Below are positions 20,697-29,349 of a DNA stretch of 64,000 nt, one piece after another. The stretch lies in NCBI GenBank assembly GCA_964422835.1, contig CAYRCR010000001.1:212517-276516 (forward strand), given 5' to 3'. The notes under the pieces are model-generated. The model saw only the letters and a list, made by a program, of their open reading frames with translations, was not told the origin of the DNA and did not search any database. The stretch comes from an uncultured Gammaproteobacteria bacterium (GTDB lineage: Bacteria > Patescibacteriota > Microgenomatia > Daviesbacterales > UBA10151). Both the position numbers and the translations under genes were made by a program. The number at the start of each line of letters is the position of its first letter. The first letter of the stretch is position 1.

Positions 20697-20760
20697 TATT
20701 CTTCGATTGAGCGTAGCGAATCGAGAAGTTTCTTTGGTAGTTCTCGACTACGCTCGAACA
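20697..20760. repeat. intergenic hairpin element between tktA and tktB (GAGCGTAGCGAA...CTCGACTACGCTC)
   Basis: Inverted repeat gagcgtagcgaatcgagaa / ttctcgactacgctc. Shares the 13-mer tgagcgtagcgaa with the element at 11528-11625. Confidence 0.4.
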
Positions 20761-20764
20761 ATAA

Positions 20765-21577
20765 TTACAAGGTCTTCTCTTTAAGTTCCTCCAAAGCTTT
20801 TTTCATGTCTTCTTCCGTAATCACCCTGCTATGCCACTGGTATTTGCCCTCCATAAAAGAAACTCCTTTGCCGGGAATGGTGTGGGCAATAATCACTGTG
20901 GGGTCATCAGAGATTTCTTTGGCTTCTCTAAATGCCCCCAAAATTTCTTCAAAATTGTGGCCGTCAATTTCTGCCACCTGCCAGCCAAAACTTAAAAATT
21001 TATCTTTGATGGGATCAAGCGGCATAATAGCTTCCGTCCCTCCGTCGCTTTGGATATTGTTCCTGTCAATTACCACAATCAAATTACCCAATCTATATTT
21101 ATCAGCAAACATGATAGCCTCCCAAACATTACCTTCATCAAGTTCAGTGTCTGACATCAAACAAAATACCTGTGACTCTTTTTTGTCATGCAAAAGCGCC
21201 CAGGCTATACCACAAGCTTGCGACAGGCCACATCCCAGGGGACCTGAAGTTGTCTCCAGCCCCGGTAAAGATTTTCTTTCCGGATGACCTTGTAATCTGG
21301 AACCAAACTTTCTTAAAGTTTTCAGCTCATCGGGTGAAAAATACCCGGCCCGGGCCATGGATGCATACTGGACCGGACAGATATGGCCATTGGATAAAAT
21401 TAACCTGTCCCGATCTTCCCAATCAGGCTTTGCCGGATCATGTTTGAGGATTTCAAAATAGAGGGCAGTGAAAATATCAGCCATGCCCAGAGATCCGGCT
21501 GGATGGCCCGAACCCGCCTCATAGATCATGGAGATTACGTCTTGCCTGATTTGGTTGGCAGTTTTGGGCAGATCCAT
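20765..21577 (-). CDS. tktA: transketolase, N-terminal (TPP-binding) subunit
   Basis: 270 aa with a GDG..EG TPP-binding region. Confidence 0.85.
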   Translation of the reverse strand: MDLPKTANQIRQDVISMIYEAGSGHPAGSLGMADIFTALYFEILKHDPAKPDWEDRDRLILSNGHICPVQYASMARAGYFSPDELKTLRKFGSRLQGHPERKSLPGLETTSGPLGCGLSQACGIAWALLHDKKESQVFCLMSDTELDEGNVWEAIMFADKYRLGNLIVVIDRNNIQSDGGTEAIMPLDPIKDKFLSFGWQVAEIDGHNFEEILGAFREAKEISDDPTVIIAHTIPGKGVSFMEGKYQWHSRVITEEDMKKALEELKEKTL

Positions 21578-21583
21578 TTCAAT

Positions 21584-22204
21584 TTAAGCCTGGCCGTTCT
21601 CACGGCTGATTTTTAAATACTCATAATTACCTTTTTTAATCTCATCTTCAAAAAAAAGAATTGTGCGTAAAACTCCTTCAGGGGAGTTGGCAATTTTATA
21701 AACTTCAATCTCTTCCGGCCGAAGCAGCATGCTTTTCTTGAGGGCCTGCAAAATTTCAATCCAAAAATCTCCATATAAAATAATTGGTTTGTGATGGCCA
21801 AATTGAAGCCGGGCCAAACCCCAAGCCATGCCAAGTTCTGATAAAGTGCCTGATCCCCCATTGAAAACCACATAAACTTGTCCTTCCTTCATTAAAGTCA
21901 GAGTTCTTTCAACATAGTTTTGGGTTTTAATTTCGCTGTCAAGAGGGTTTTCCGGGCATCTTCCTTCGAAATTTTTCATGTCTTTAGGGTAATAGGTGAC
22001 ACCTATTACCTTACCTCCTCCTGCCTTGGCCCCGCAACTTGCCGCTTTCATCACTCCCGGTCCTCCTCCATCAACCACAGTGTACCCTGCTTCTGCCAAG
22101 GCTTTGGCCACACCGTAAGCATCTTTATAAAGTTGGCTTTCTTCTTCAGCATCTGCAAAACCGAAGATCGCCACATTATCAATGCTTTGCGCTTTTTGGA
22201 TCAT
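21584..22204 (-). CDS. LOG-family protein (cytokinin riboside 5'-monophosphate phosphoribohydrolase-like)
   Basis: GGGPGVM and NGGSGTLSE motifs of the LOG/TIGR00730 Rossmann family. Confidence 0.8.
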   Translation of the reverse strand: MIQKAQSIDNVAIFGFADAEEESQLYKDAYGVAKALAEAGYTVVDGGGPGVMKAASCGAKAGGGKVIGVTYYPKDMKNFEGRCPENPLDSEIKTQNYVERTLTLMKEGQVYVVFNGGSGTLSELGMAWGLARLQFGHHKPIILYGDFWIEILQALKKSMLLRPEEIEVYKIANSPEGVLRTILFFEDEIKKGNYEYLKISRENGQA

Positions 22205-22222
22205 ACTTTATTATCGCCCAAA

Positions 22223-22669
22223 TCAGTTAGTTTTTTCAATCTCTTGCAGTTTTTTAAGGCGTCTGACATGTCTTTCCTCTCCTGAAAAAGAAGTTTGGAG
22301 AAAAACTTTCACAATCTCAAAAGCAGTCTCGGCATCTAAAGTATCGGCGGGAAGTGAGATTATGTTGGCATCTTCATGTTCCCTTACCTGTTTGGCCCGC
22401 GCCACATCAGATACAAGGGCAGACCTTACCCCGTCTATTTTATTGGCTACTATGTCCACACCCACTCCTGAACCACACAAAATTATGCCACGGTTATCAG
22501 GCATCTCGTCCACAGCCTCAGCTACTTTTTGGGCAAAATCCACATAGTCATCCGCCGGATCCAGATGATCATTTCCAAGATCCGTCACCTCAAAACCCTC
22601 ATCCACCAGCCTTTTTTTCAATAGCTCTTTTAGTTCAAACCCCCGGTGATCAGCCCCAAGATATATCAT
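22223..22669 (-). CDS. rpiB: ribose-5-phosphate isomerase B (start at MIYLGADH)
   Basis: IYLGADHRGFELK...ILCGSGVGVDIVANK, typical of RpiB/LacAB. Confidence 0.85.
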   Translation of the reverse strand: MIYLGADHRGFELKELLKKRLVDEGFEVTDLGNDHLDPADDYVDFAQKVAEAVDEMPDNRGIILCGSGVGVDIVANKIDGVRSALVSDVARAKQVREHEDANIISLPADTLDAETAFEIVKVFLQTSFSGEERHVRRLKKLQEIEKTN

Positions 22670-22679
22670 TAGTACTATT

Positions 22680-23252
22680 CTAGCGCATTTCGAACAATTT
22701 TTTGAAGACCAAATATGTGGCCTTGGCATCAGAGAGAGCGCGGTGCTTATTTTCCCTTTTAATTTTCAAATAATCACAGACTTCTCCGAGGCTAAATCTT
22801 TTAACTTTTATTTTGGGGAAGAGTTTGATATAAGCCATGGCCATCACATCAAGGCGGTGGTAATAAAAAGGATCAATTTTACCCAAAGTAAAATAAGCCC
22901 TGTCAAGCATAGCCCAGTCAAAAGAAACATTGTAGCCTGCTAAAATCCCACCTTCCGCAAATATATCAAGCCTTTCCAAAGCTTTTTCCAAACTTAAAGC
23001 ACACTTCCATTCCTCCTTAGTATAGCCATTTATTTTCATAGCTTCAGGGCTGGCAGTTTCAATATGTTTTGGAGCAACTTTTATTTCTAGCTCCTCCACA
23101 ATATTAAAAGGAGGCTTCGGGTTCACTTTCAAAGCCCCAATTTCAATAATTTCATGGGCGGAAATTCTAAGTCCTGTTGTTTCCGTATCCAGAAAAATCA
23201 AGGGGCGGTTCCTCATTTTCTTATCGGAATTTTTCACTGAATTGATGTCCAT
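22680..23252 (-). CDS. DEDDh 3'-5' exonuclease (DnaQ/epsilon-like)
   Basis: LIFLDTETTGL exo I motif and HRALSDAKAT exo III motif. Confidence 0.75.
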   Translation of the reverse strand: MDINSVKNSDKKMRNRPLIFLDTETTGLRISAHEIIEIGALKVNPKPPFNIVEELEIKVAPKHIETASPEAMKINGYTKEEWKCALSLEKALERLDIFAEGGILAGYNVSFDWAMLDRAYFTLGKIDPFYYHRLDVMAMAYIKLFPKIKVKRFSLGEVCDYLKIKRENKHRALSDAKATYLVFKKLFEMR

Positions 23253-23346
23253 AAGTTATGATACATTATGACACAGTTGACCAGACTTGCAAGCAGTGAT
23301 ATAAATTTTCTTGTCCTAATTCCGCCCTTAGCGGGAAAAGTGATCT

Positions 23347-23372
23347 TCAAGAAAACCCGCTACGTGCGGGTT
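23347..23372. terminator. rho-independent terminator hairpin downstream of the MBL hydrolase gene
   Basis: aaaacccgctacgtgcgggttttttt: GC stem with flanking A/T tracts, functional in both orientations. Confidence 0.5.
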
Positions 23373-23381
23373 TTTTTGATT

Positions 23382-24002
23382 CTAAATCGGATGTATAGCT
23401 GAAAGCAAACTTGGCCGGCCATGGCCGGGATAAACAATTGTTTCTTTGGGTAATTTCAACATTCTTTTGATTGATTCCTTCAAGTCCTCACGGGATGAAT
23501 AGCTTCTGTCAGTCCTGCCTACAACTCCACCGTAAAACATTAAATCACCGCAAAATAATGCCCGGTCTTTTTTGGAATATAAGCATATCCCTCCGGGTGA
23601 ATGGCCGGGAGTGTCGTATACTTTGAGTTTGGTGCCACCTACATCCAACACTATACCTTCATTTACAGGCTTGAAATCAACCATAATATCAGCAACCTCC
23701 GCCATTTTAAAATACTCGGCAGATGATTTGGCCCGCTCCAGTAAAAACTGATCATCAGGGTGCATGTAAAAAGGAATATTGTAAGTTAAAACCAGGTCAT
23801 TGACCCCTAAAAGGTGGTCAAAATGGCCATGGGTTGAGAGAACCCAGACAGGTTTTAATTTCTTGTCCTCAATGATCCTGATAATATAATCTCCATCATC
23901 CCCCGGATCTACAATCCCAACCTCACCATTTGAGATTAAAAGATAGCAATTTGTCCTGACCGGACCCACTTTTAAAGTAATAATTTGCATGCCAACCATC
24001 AT
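23382..24002 (-). CDS. MBL-fold metallo-hydrolase (glyoxalase II-like)
   Basis: STHGHFDHLLG metal-binding motif. Confidence 0.8.
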   Translation of the reverse strand: MMVGMQIITLKVGPVRTNCYLLISNGEVGIVDPGDDGDYIIRIIEDKKLKPVWVLSTHGHFDHLLGVNDLVLTYNIPFYMHPDDQFLLERAKSSAEYFKMAEVADIMVDFKPVNEGIVLDVGGTKLKVYDTPGHSPGGICLYSKKDRALFCGDLMFYGGVVGRTDRSYSSREDLKESIKRMLKLPKETIVYPGHGRPSLLSAIHPI

Positions 24003-24014
24003 ATCATGATCGGC

Positions 24015-24530
24015 TTAAACTGTCTCTGGTAGTGAATCCACTTCATTTATTTTGACTTCCTGACGAAGTTCTTTTTGGAAGGGTCCATAATGCACCTCTG
24101 CTCTAATCTTTTTTCCATCCAAAACAGGCGGCAGCCAAAACCTATCAGCCGGCATCATTTCTTCAAATGGTAAATTATTTATTTCAAACCAGGTGGGGGT
24201 AATCATAGCTTCATCTCCTGTAGGTACTCCTGTCCAGCGGGGAGTTACAAAAACATGCACCTGGCAAATAAAGTTTTCTCCCTTGGCAGTTGTATTATGG
24301 AAATCAACTACGGCCATTTTTGTAAGATCTGCCTGTAAAACATCCAACCCTGATTCTTCTTTTAACTCCCTAACAGCCGCACCCCTTGGAGTTTCTCCCT
24401 TTTTTATCCCACCGCCATAACCATTCCATCTATCTTTGCCAATTTTTTTAGTTTTAAAAGCCAATAAAACTCTCTCCCCATCAATAGGAAAACAAAGTGT
24501 GGCTTGATATAAAACTTTCTCCTCTTCCAT
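24015..24530 (-). CDS. NUDIX hydrolase
   Basis: Nudix box GGGIKKGETPRGAAVRELKEESGL. Confidence 0.8.
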   Translation of the reverse strand: MEEEKVLYQATLCFPIDGERVLLAFKTKKIGKDRWNGYGGGIKKGETPRGAAVRELKEESGLDVLQADLTKMAVVDFHNTTAKGENFICQVHVFVTPRWTGVPTGDEAMITPTWFEINNLPFEEMMPADRFWLPPVLDGKKIRAEVHYGPFQKELRQEVKINEVDSLPETV

Positions 24531-24548
24531 TAGGTGGATTATAGCAAA

Positions 24549-24623
24549 TTGGCTGCGGGACTAGGAGTCGAACCTAGATAGACAAGTTCAGAGCCTGTCG
24601 TCCTACCATTAGACGATCCCGCA
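24549..24623 (-). tRNA. tRNA-Gln (anticodon CTG)
   Basis: Manual cloverleaf fold: acceptor TGCGGGA/TCCCGCA (U1:A72, as in bacterial tRNA-Gln), anticodon loop CTCTGAA, T-arm CTAGG-TTCGACT-CCTAG, 3' GCCA. Confidence 0.85.
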
Positions 24624-24688
24624 TTGTTACAATGAGTGTATTTTATCAGGGTTTGGGCATCAATTAAAGTTTTTGGTATATCCCACCC

Positions 24689-24707
24689 CGGGGGTGGGAG
24701 TTTTGTT
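24689..24707. repeat. perfect GC-rich hairpin tcccaccccgggggtggga (REP-like)
   Basis: Resembles the ccaccc..ggtgg stems next to the RAYT. Confidence 0.3.
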
Positions 24708-24762
24708 TAAATATTTTAGCCTCGCAAGACCTGGTCTGGGAGGCTGTCTGGGAGGCTACCAT

Positions 24763-25473
24763 TTATTGCGTCTCTAAAATATCTTTTACTTCCAGGAACC
24801 CATCTTTGTTTTTAAAACATTTCGGGACAATGTTATATCTATTCAAATCAAGGAGCAAGGGTAAATCATCCTTTATTTCCGACTGATCAGAAGCATATTT
24901 CATCAGTTCTTTTGTCAAAGCTTGTCTGCTATCCTCCCAATCAACAGGCAATCCGGATAATTTCTTCTCAATCATTTCCCCGCAAATTTTATCCTCCAAA
25001 ACCTCCTGCCCTCTGTCTCCTGCCATAACTATCAAGACATCTTTTTGGGATTGAGCCAGAAAATTTACCAATGCCCCAAAGTTATTGAAAGCCCCGGCCA
25101 AAACCAATCTATCTGTATGCCCGCACATTTTTTCAAAAACCCGCGAGCCGTTAATGCTCATCCAAAGAATATCTTTTCCTCCTGCCTCAATTTTATTAAT
25201 ACTGCTGATATGGTTACTGGCAGAAAACCTTTCAGGATCCATAGACAAACTTTCTCCGGCCAGGAGAGCATCCGGGTATTGCATTAAAGCCCGGGATAGA
25301 TTTTGTTCATTAACTACCAGTAGTCTGGCAGGATTTTTGGAAAGGAAAAGCGGCATATTGGATGAAGCCGCGTTGGCATCAACCATCACAGTAGTTCCAT
25401 TAAATTCAAAATCAGATGGCAGCTCGTAAAACCATACCTTTTCTATATGCACAGGGTAGATTATACCATCCAA
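24763..25473 (-). CDS. ComB-like (2-phosphosulfolactate phosphatase family) protein
   Basis: 236 aa. Weak resemblance to the PF04029 N-terminal region. Assignment tentative. Confidence 0.35.
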   Translation of the reverse strand: MDGIIYPVHIEKVWFYELPSDFEFNGTTVMVDANAASSNMPLFLSKNPARLLVVNEQNLSRALMQYPDALLAGESLSMDPERFSASNHISSINKIEAGGKDILWMSINGSRVFEKMCGHTDRLVLAGAFNNFGALVNFLAQSQKDVLIVMAGDRGQEVLEDKICGEMIEKKLSGLPVDWEDSRQALTKELMKYASDQSEIKDDLPLLLDLNRYNIVPKCFKNKDGFLEVKDILETQ

Positions 25474-25493
25474 TAGCTGATCATCCCAATGTG

Positions 25494-26321
25494 TTAACCG
25501 TGGGTAACGTTCAATTGGTAAATGACAACCTCCCCAAAGTTGCTGTCACTGCAAAGACCTGATACCTCTTTGGTGCAGTTGGATTGGGTATAAACACCGG
25601 CTTTAAAATACCCTCCGGAATAGCTTTTATCCAGAATATAGGAAGGGTCCGCACTGTTGTTGTAATATATTGATGTTTTCCCACCGCTAACCACAAACTT
25701 AACAGTAAACCTTTTCCCTAAAGTGTAATTTGAGTCAAGAGTATAAATATTTTTTCCGTCCACATTAATGTATAACTTGGAAGATTCAAGACGGATAACG
25801 ATTACATCATCCAAAGAATCGTGTATCTGCCCGGCCACAACATGCTGTTTGGTTTTTGGCAGGGAAGTTATAGCCTGGTCAATAAACATGGTATGAGTAC
25901 CGGAAGTGGAAGACCAGCTGGCTTTTGTACTGCCATTATCCGTCATTTCCCGAAGTTCTGACCGGGGATAGCCTGAACCGCTGGTGGTTACACCGTTGAC
26001 CGCTGCCCGAAAGCGGACACCCCCTCCGGAGTTTGCCACAAACCAGGGATCGATCTGATAGGTATTTAGCGCTGGCTGTTTAATTTCTGTCGGACTCTCA
26101 ACAGAACCTATTGGTAAAGTTAATTTCCAGTCGGCAAGGTTAATAGCTGTTTGAGGTGATGCTGCCAAAATAACCGCAGGGGTTGGTGTTGGAGATGGTT
26201 TGGGTTTGCGTTTTTTAGCCGAAGCTTCAGAAGTAAATACCCCTAAAACCATGATAGTGGCAAAAATCCCAACCAGTACCCGAGCAAGCATCTTCATCAA
26301 AGTTTTGTGATTGTACCACAA
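25494..26321 (-). CDS. secreted polysaccharide lyase family 7 (alginate-lyase-like) protein
   Basis: Signal peptide. PL7 signature motifs RSELRE, QIHD and YFKAGVYTQ. Confidence 0.6.
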   Translation of the reverse strand: MWYNHKTLMKMLARVLVGIFATIMVLGVFTSEASAKKRKPKPSPTPTPAVILAASPQTAINLADWKLTLPIGSVESPTEIKQPALNTYQIDPWFVANSGGGVRFRAAVNGVTTSGSGYPRSELREMTDNGSTKASWSSTSGTHTMFIDQAITSLPKTKQHVVAGQIHDSLDDVIVIRLESSKLYINVDGKNIYTLDSNYTLGKRFTVKFVVSGGKTSIYYNNSADPSYILDKSYSGGYFKAGVYTQSNCTKEVSGLCSDSNFGEVVIYQLNVTHG

Positions 26322-26455
26322 CCTAACGAAAACATCTGTCTTCTATCTTAATTTACGTACTTGACACATTCGACGACAATCCCAAAAGGGCTCGCCGCTC
26401 AGTGTCTGCGCGCTCAATGTAATCCATATTCGCGCTTGACAAACTAAAAAGAAGT

Positions 26456-26653
26456 CTATTTTTTCTTAAGGATCGGGAGGCCAGTGCGGGGGTTTTCTAC
26501 CACCATAAACCCTTCCGGGATATCATCCAAACTTCCATCCCGCTCTTCTCTGGCAAAAAAGTAAATTCTTTGCTGCCTGCCGGAGCGGAGCCTGACATCC
26601 TTAGAGTGGAGGAAATATTCCGTCCCTTTGTTGTTGGTATATTTATATGCCAT
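26456..26653 (-). CDS. small hypothetical protein
   Basis: 65 aa, no recognisable motif. Confidence 0.3.
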   Translation of the reverse strand: MAYKYTNNKGTEYFLHSKDVRLRSGRQQRIYFFAREERDGSLDDIPEGFMVVENPRTGLPILKKK

Positions 26654-26914
26654 TTTTTAGATTATATCATAAGTCAGTTGTGGGGTAAAGATGGGGAAAT
26701 TAGAAACCTATTTTTTATGATTATTTAATAATCGGGGTTTCCCCTCTTTTCCTCAACACTTTACCCCCAAACCTGATTTAAAAGTATCTTAACTTCCGAG
26801 ATTAAGAAAACAATAAATTTTTTGTAAGGAATGCGCAAGGAAAGAATATCAGAATAGTGTAAGAGAATGTTATAGGTCTTGAAATGTAAGAAAAATACTT
26901 ATATAATTTGGGGC

Positions 26915-27586
26915 ATGACAAAATCAATACTAGTAGTGGAAGATGACCAGGGCCTGCAAAAGTACCTTAAAGAACTGCTTTCGGAAAACGGCTATAATGT
27001 ACGCGCAGCTTCGGATGGGATTGAAGCGCTCGGGGCCATTAAAAAACTTCCTCCTGATTTAGTCATCCTGGATTTAGGCCTTCCCAATATGAGCGGTGAG
27101 TCTGTCTGCACGGAAGTGCACAAAAAATACCCCGACGTGTCAGTTTTAATTTTAACGGCCAAGGATAGTGTGGCCGATATTGTGGCAGGATTAAATTTAG
27201 GGGCAGATGATTATATGACCAAACCATTTGTGGCAGATGAGCTTCTGGCAAGGATAAAGGCCAGGCTCCGGGAAAAAGGCAATAATGAGATAGAGTTGCA
27301 GGTTGGGGATTTGGTGCTAGATACTAAAAATTTTGAGGTCAAGCGGGGTAAGAAACAAATCCAGCTTACTCCCCAGGAATTTAAGCTCCTGCAATACTTA
27401 ATGACCAATAAAGGCAGGATTTTAACCCGGGAAATGATATTAAACAGGGTCTGGCTTTATTCACAGGATATAGAAACCCGGGTGATTGATGTTTATGTGG
27501 GGTATTTGCGGAAAAAAATTGACACAGGTTTTGATAAAAAGCTCATCCACTCTGTCCGTGGTTTTGGGTACATGGTTAAGGAGTGA
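26915..27586 (+). CDS. OmpR-family two-component response regulator (start at MTKSIL)
   Basis: Receiver domain (VVEDD...D...K) plus a winged-helix output domain. Confidence 0.85.
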   Translation: MTKSILVVEDDQGLQKYLKELLSENGYNVRAASDGIEALGAIKKLPPDLVILDLGLPNMSGESVCTEVHKKYPDVSVLILTAKDSVADIVAGLNLGADDYMTKPFVADELLARIKARLREKGNNEIELQVGDLVLDTKNFEVKRGKKQIQLTPQEFKLLQYLMTNKGRILTREMILNRVWLYSQDIETRVIDVYVGYLRKKIDTGFDKKLIHSVRGFGYMVKE

Positions 27587-27590
27587 GTAT

Positions 27591-28307
27591 ATGTACCTAG
27601 ACTGCGAACCACCACAAAGAAGATTGCAGATCATCGTAGTACGCCATGGGGAACCAGAGAAATATGCTGCCACGGACGCCAGATTATCCGAAAATGGTGT
27701 GAGTCAAATTAGAGATTTTAAAGACGAGGTAGTTGCAAGACTCCAGGATGAAACCTCTAGGTGCCTAGTACAAATATTTCACAGCACCCGCCAACGCACA
27801 CATCAATCAGCAACTATTATTTATGATGGGATAGCGGCAGAAATCAAATCTGGCAGGTTAACAAATACGTTACTGGCAGATACCAGAAGCTGCGAAGCCC
27901 TTCAAACCGCCGATCCCTTAAATAGATTACAAGAGGAAGGAGTTACTCCAGATAGATTAATGCATGTTTGGCTGACCACACCAGAAGAAGAGTTAGCGTC
28001 ACGGGGAATATTAACCCCCAGTCAAATCGCACACAACTTCCGAAGACTCGTAGGCGAATTGGTCTGTTGTCCGATCTGGCCGGATGGCATTTCAAAAAAG
28101 ATTGACATTCTACAAACCCATGAGACCTCAACTGCCGCCATACTGGGCTCATGGCTTGGAAAACCAATATCCGAACAACGCATCGAATACGCGGGACATA
28201 TCAACATTGTAGCTCCTTATCCCGGTGATGATGCTCGTGACAATCCCTGGTTTGGGATTCAAGGTAGCGGCCACAAGCCAGATAGAAAATTATTTATGCC
28301 GCTTTAG
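27591..28307 (+). CDS. histidine phosphatase superfamily (phosphoglycerate-mutase-like) protein
   Basis: RHGE catalytic motif (IVVRHGEPE) near the N-terminus. SD aaggag 5-13 nt upstream of ATG at 27591. The upstream part of the track ORF (27486-27590) is not coding. Confidence 0.6.
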   Translation: MYLDCEPPQRRLQIIVVRHGEPEKYAATDARLSENGVSQIRDFKDEVVARLQDETSRCLVQIFHSTRQRTHQSATIIYDGIAAEIKSGRLTNTLLADTRSCEALQTADPLNRLQEEGVTPDRLMHVWLTTPEEELASRGILTPSQIAHNFRRLVGELVCCPIWPDGISKKIDILQTHETSTAAILGSWLGKPISEQRIEYAGHINIVAPYPGDDARDNPWFGIQGSGHKPDRKLFMPL

Positions 28308-29349
28308 TTAGTTTCCGTGGATGCTCCCTAAAAAACTCGTCAACAATATCTTCCACCGGCAAACCAAAATCTTTGGGACGGTCGCCTAAACGGATTACAT
28401 CTCGAAGATATCCCGTCCTAACATCATTCATCGCCACAAGACAACTTGCCCCATAGGGCTCAAAATATCGCTTACAAAAGTCTATGCAATAATACCGAAG
28501 GTTTTCACTGAACAAATGCGAGCGCATCGGAAATCTGCGTTGGCAGGAATAGACCCATTCATTAACGATGCTCATCATCCTTTCTTTAACCATATTTGCC
28601 GCTCCCACAGTCGCCATCCCCTCCTGGAGCCGCGTTAGATCTTGCTCATCCGTTTCTCCCCCCAGATCGATCCGTAAAGATTTTAGCTGTCTATTAAATC
28701 TTAATAAATCGTTATCTGCGATAGCTTTTGCAACAGCACCACGAAATTTTTCTGCCCTCTTTTCTACTGCCGGGCTAGCTATAACTACCACAACAAAGGA
28801 TTTGTCTTCTCTTCGACACGAATATTTAACACTATTAAGTTGCGCTCTTCCCCCAAGGTCTCTATAAGGATAAGTGATTACCGGCGCCGCTCTTACATGG
28901 AATACTTGTTGCGTAGGTGTTTGCTGTGGGCGGATGTATCCTCTGTCAGCATAAACCATTACTTCCGAAGTCCGAGCTAAAGCCCAATCGCTAGATTGGT
29001 GACCAGTTGCGGCGTTACCCCATTTAACACCCTCGTGCTCCTCCACCGATCTTAAATATTCGTCAAACTCATCATGAATAATCACTAGTTCGCGGCCAGT
29101 TTCTTTTAGGTGGTTCCCAATTTTCTTCACGAGAGGATGCGGCGAATCACCTGACATAAACTCCACAAGCTGCCTCGCCACAATACTTTTTCCCGCATAA
29201 GGCACTCCGTTAACATTCAATTCAACAACCCCCACTCCTTTATTACCAAGGGCAGAGTTACCTACCATTAAACTACCACTAACCTCCATCAAGAACCCAT
29301 CAATTTCAGGCAAACTTAGCAATACCCCATACCTTTCTTTCGTGTTCAT
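28294..29349 (-). CDS. P-loop NTPase/kinase-like protein of unknown function, translationally coupled to the upstream histidine kinase
   Basis: Walker A GVPYAGKS and a Walker-B-like ELVIIHDEFDE. ATGA overlap with the HK gene. Confidence 0.45.
   Translation of the reverse strand: MNTKERYGVLLSLPEIDGFLMEVSGSLMVGNSALGNKGVGVVELNVNGVPYAGKSIVARQLVEFMSGDSPHPLVKKIGNHLKETGRELVIIHDEFDEYLRSVEEHEGVKWGNAATGHQSSDWALARTSEVMVYADRGYIRPQQTPTQQVFHVRAAPVITYPYRDLGGRAQLNSVKYSCRREDKSFVVVVIASPAVEKRAEKFRGAVAKAIADNDLLRFNRQLKSLRIDLGGETDEQDLTRLQEGMATVGAANMVKERMMSIVNEWVYSCQRRFPMRSHLFSENLRYYCIDFCKRYFEPYGASCLVAMNDVRTGYLRDVIRLGDRPKDFGLPVEDIVDEFFREHPRKLTKAA

Noticed and set aside
26820-26875. Direct repeat tgtaaggaatg / tgtaagagaatg upstream of the response regulator as an autoregulatory site
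   Set aside because: Only two imperfect copies with atypical ~31-nt spacing. Not distinguishable from chance in AT-rich DNA.
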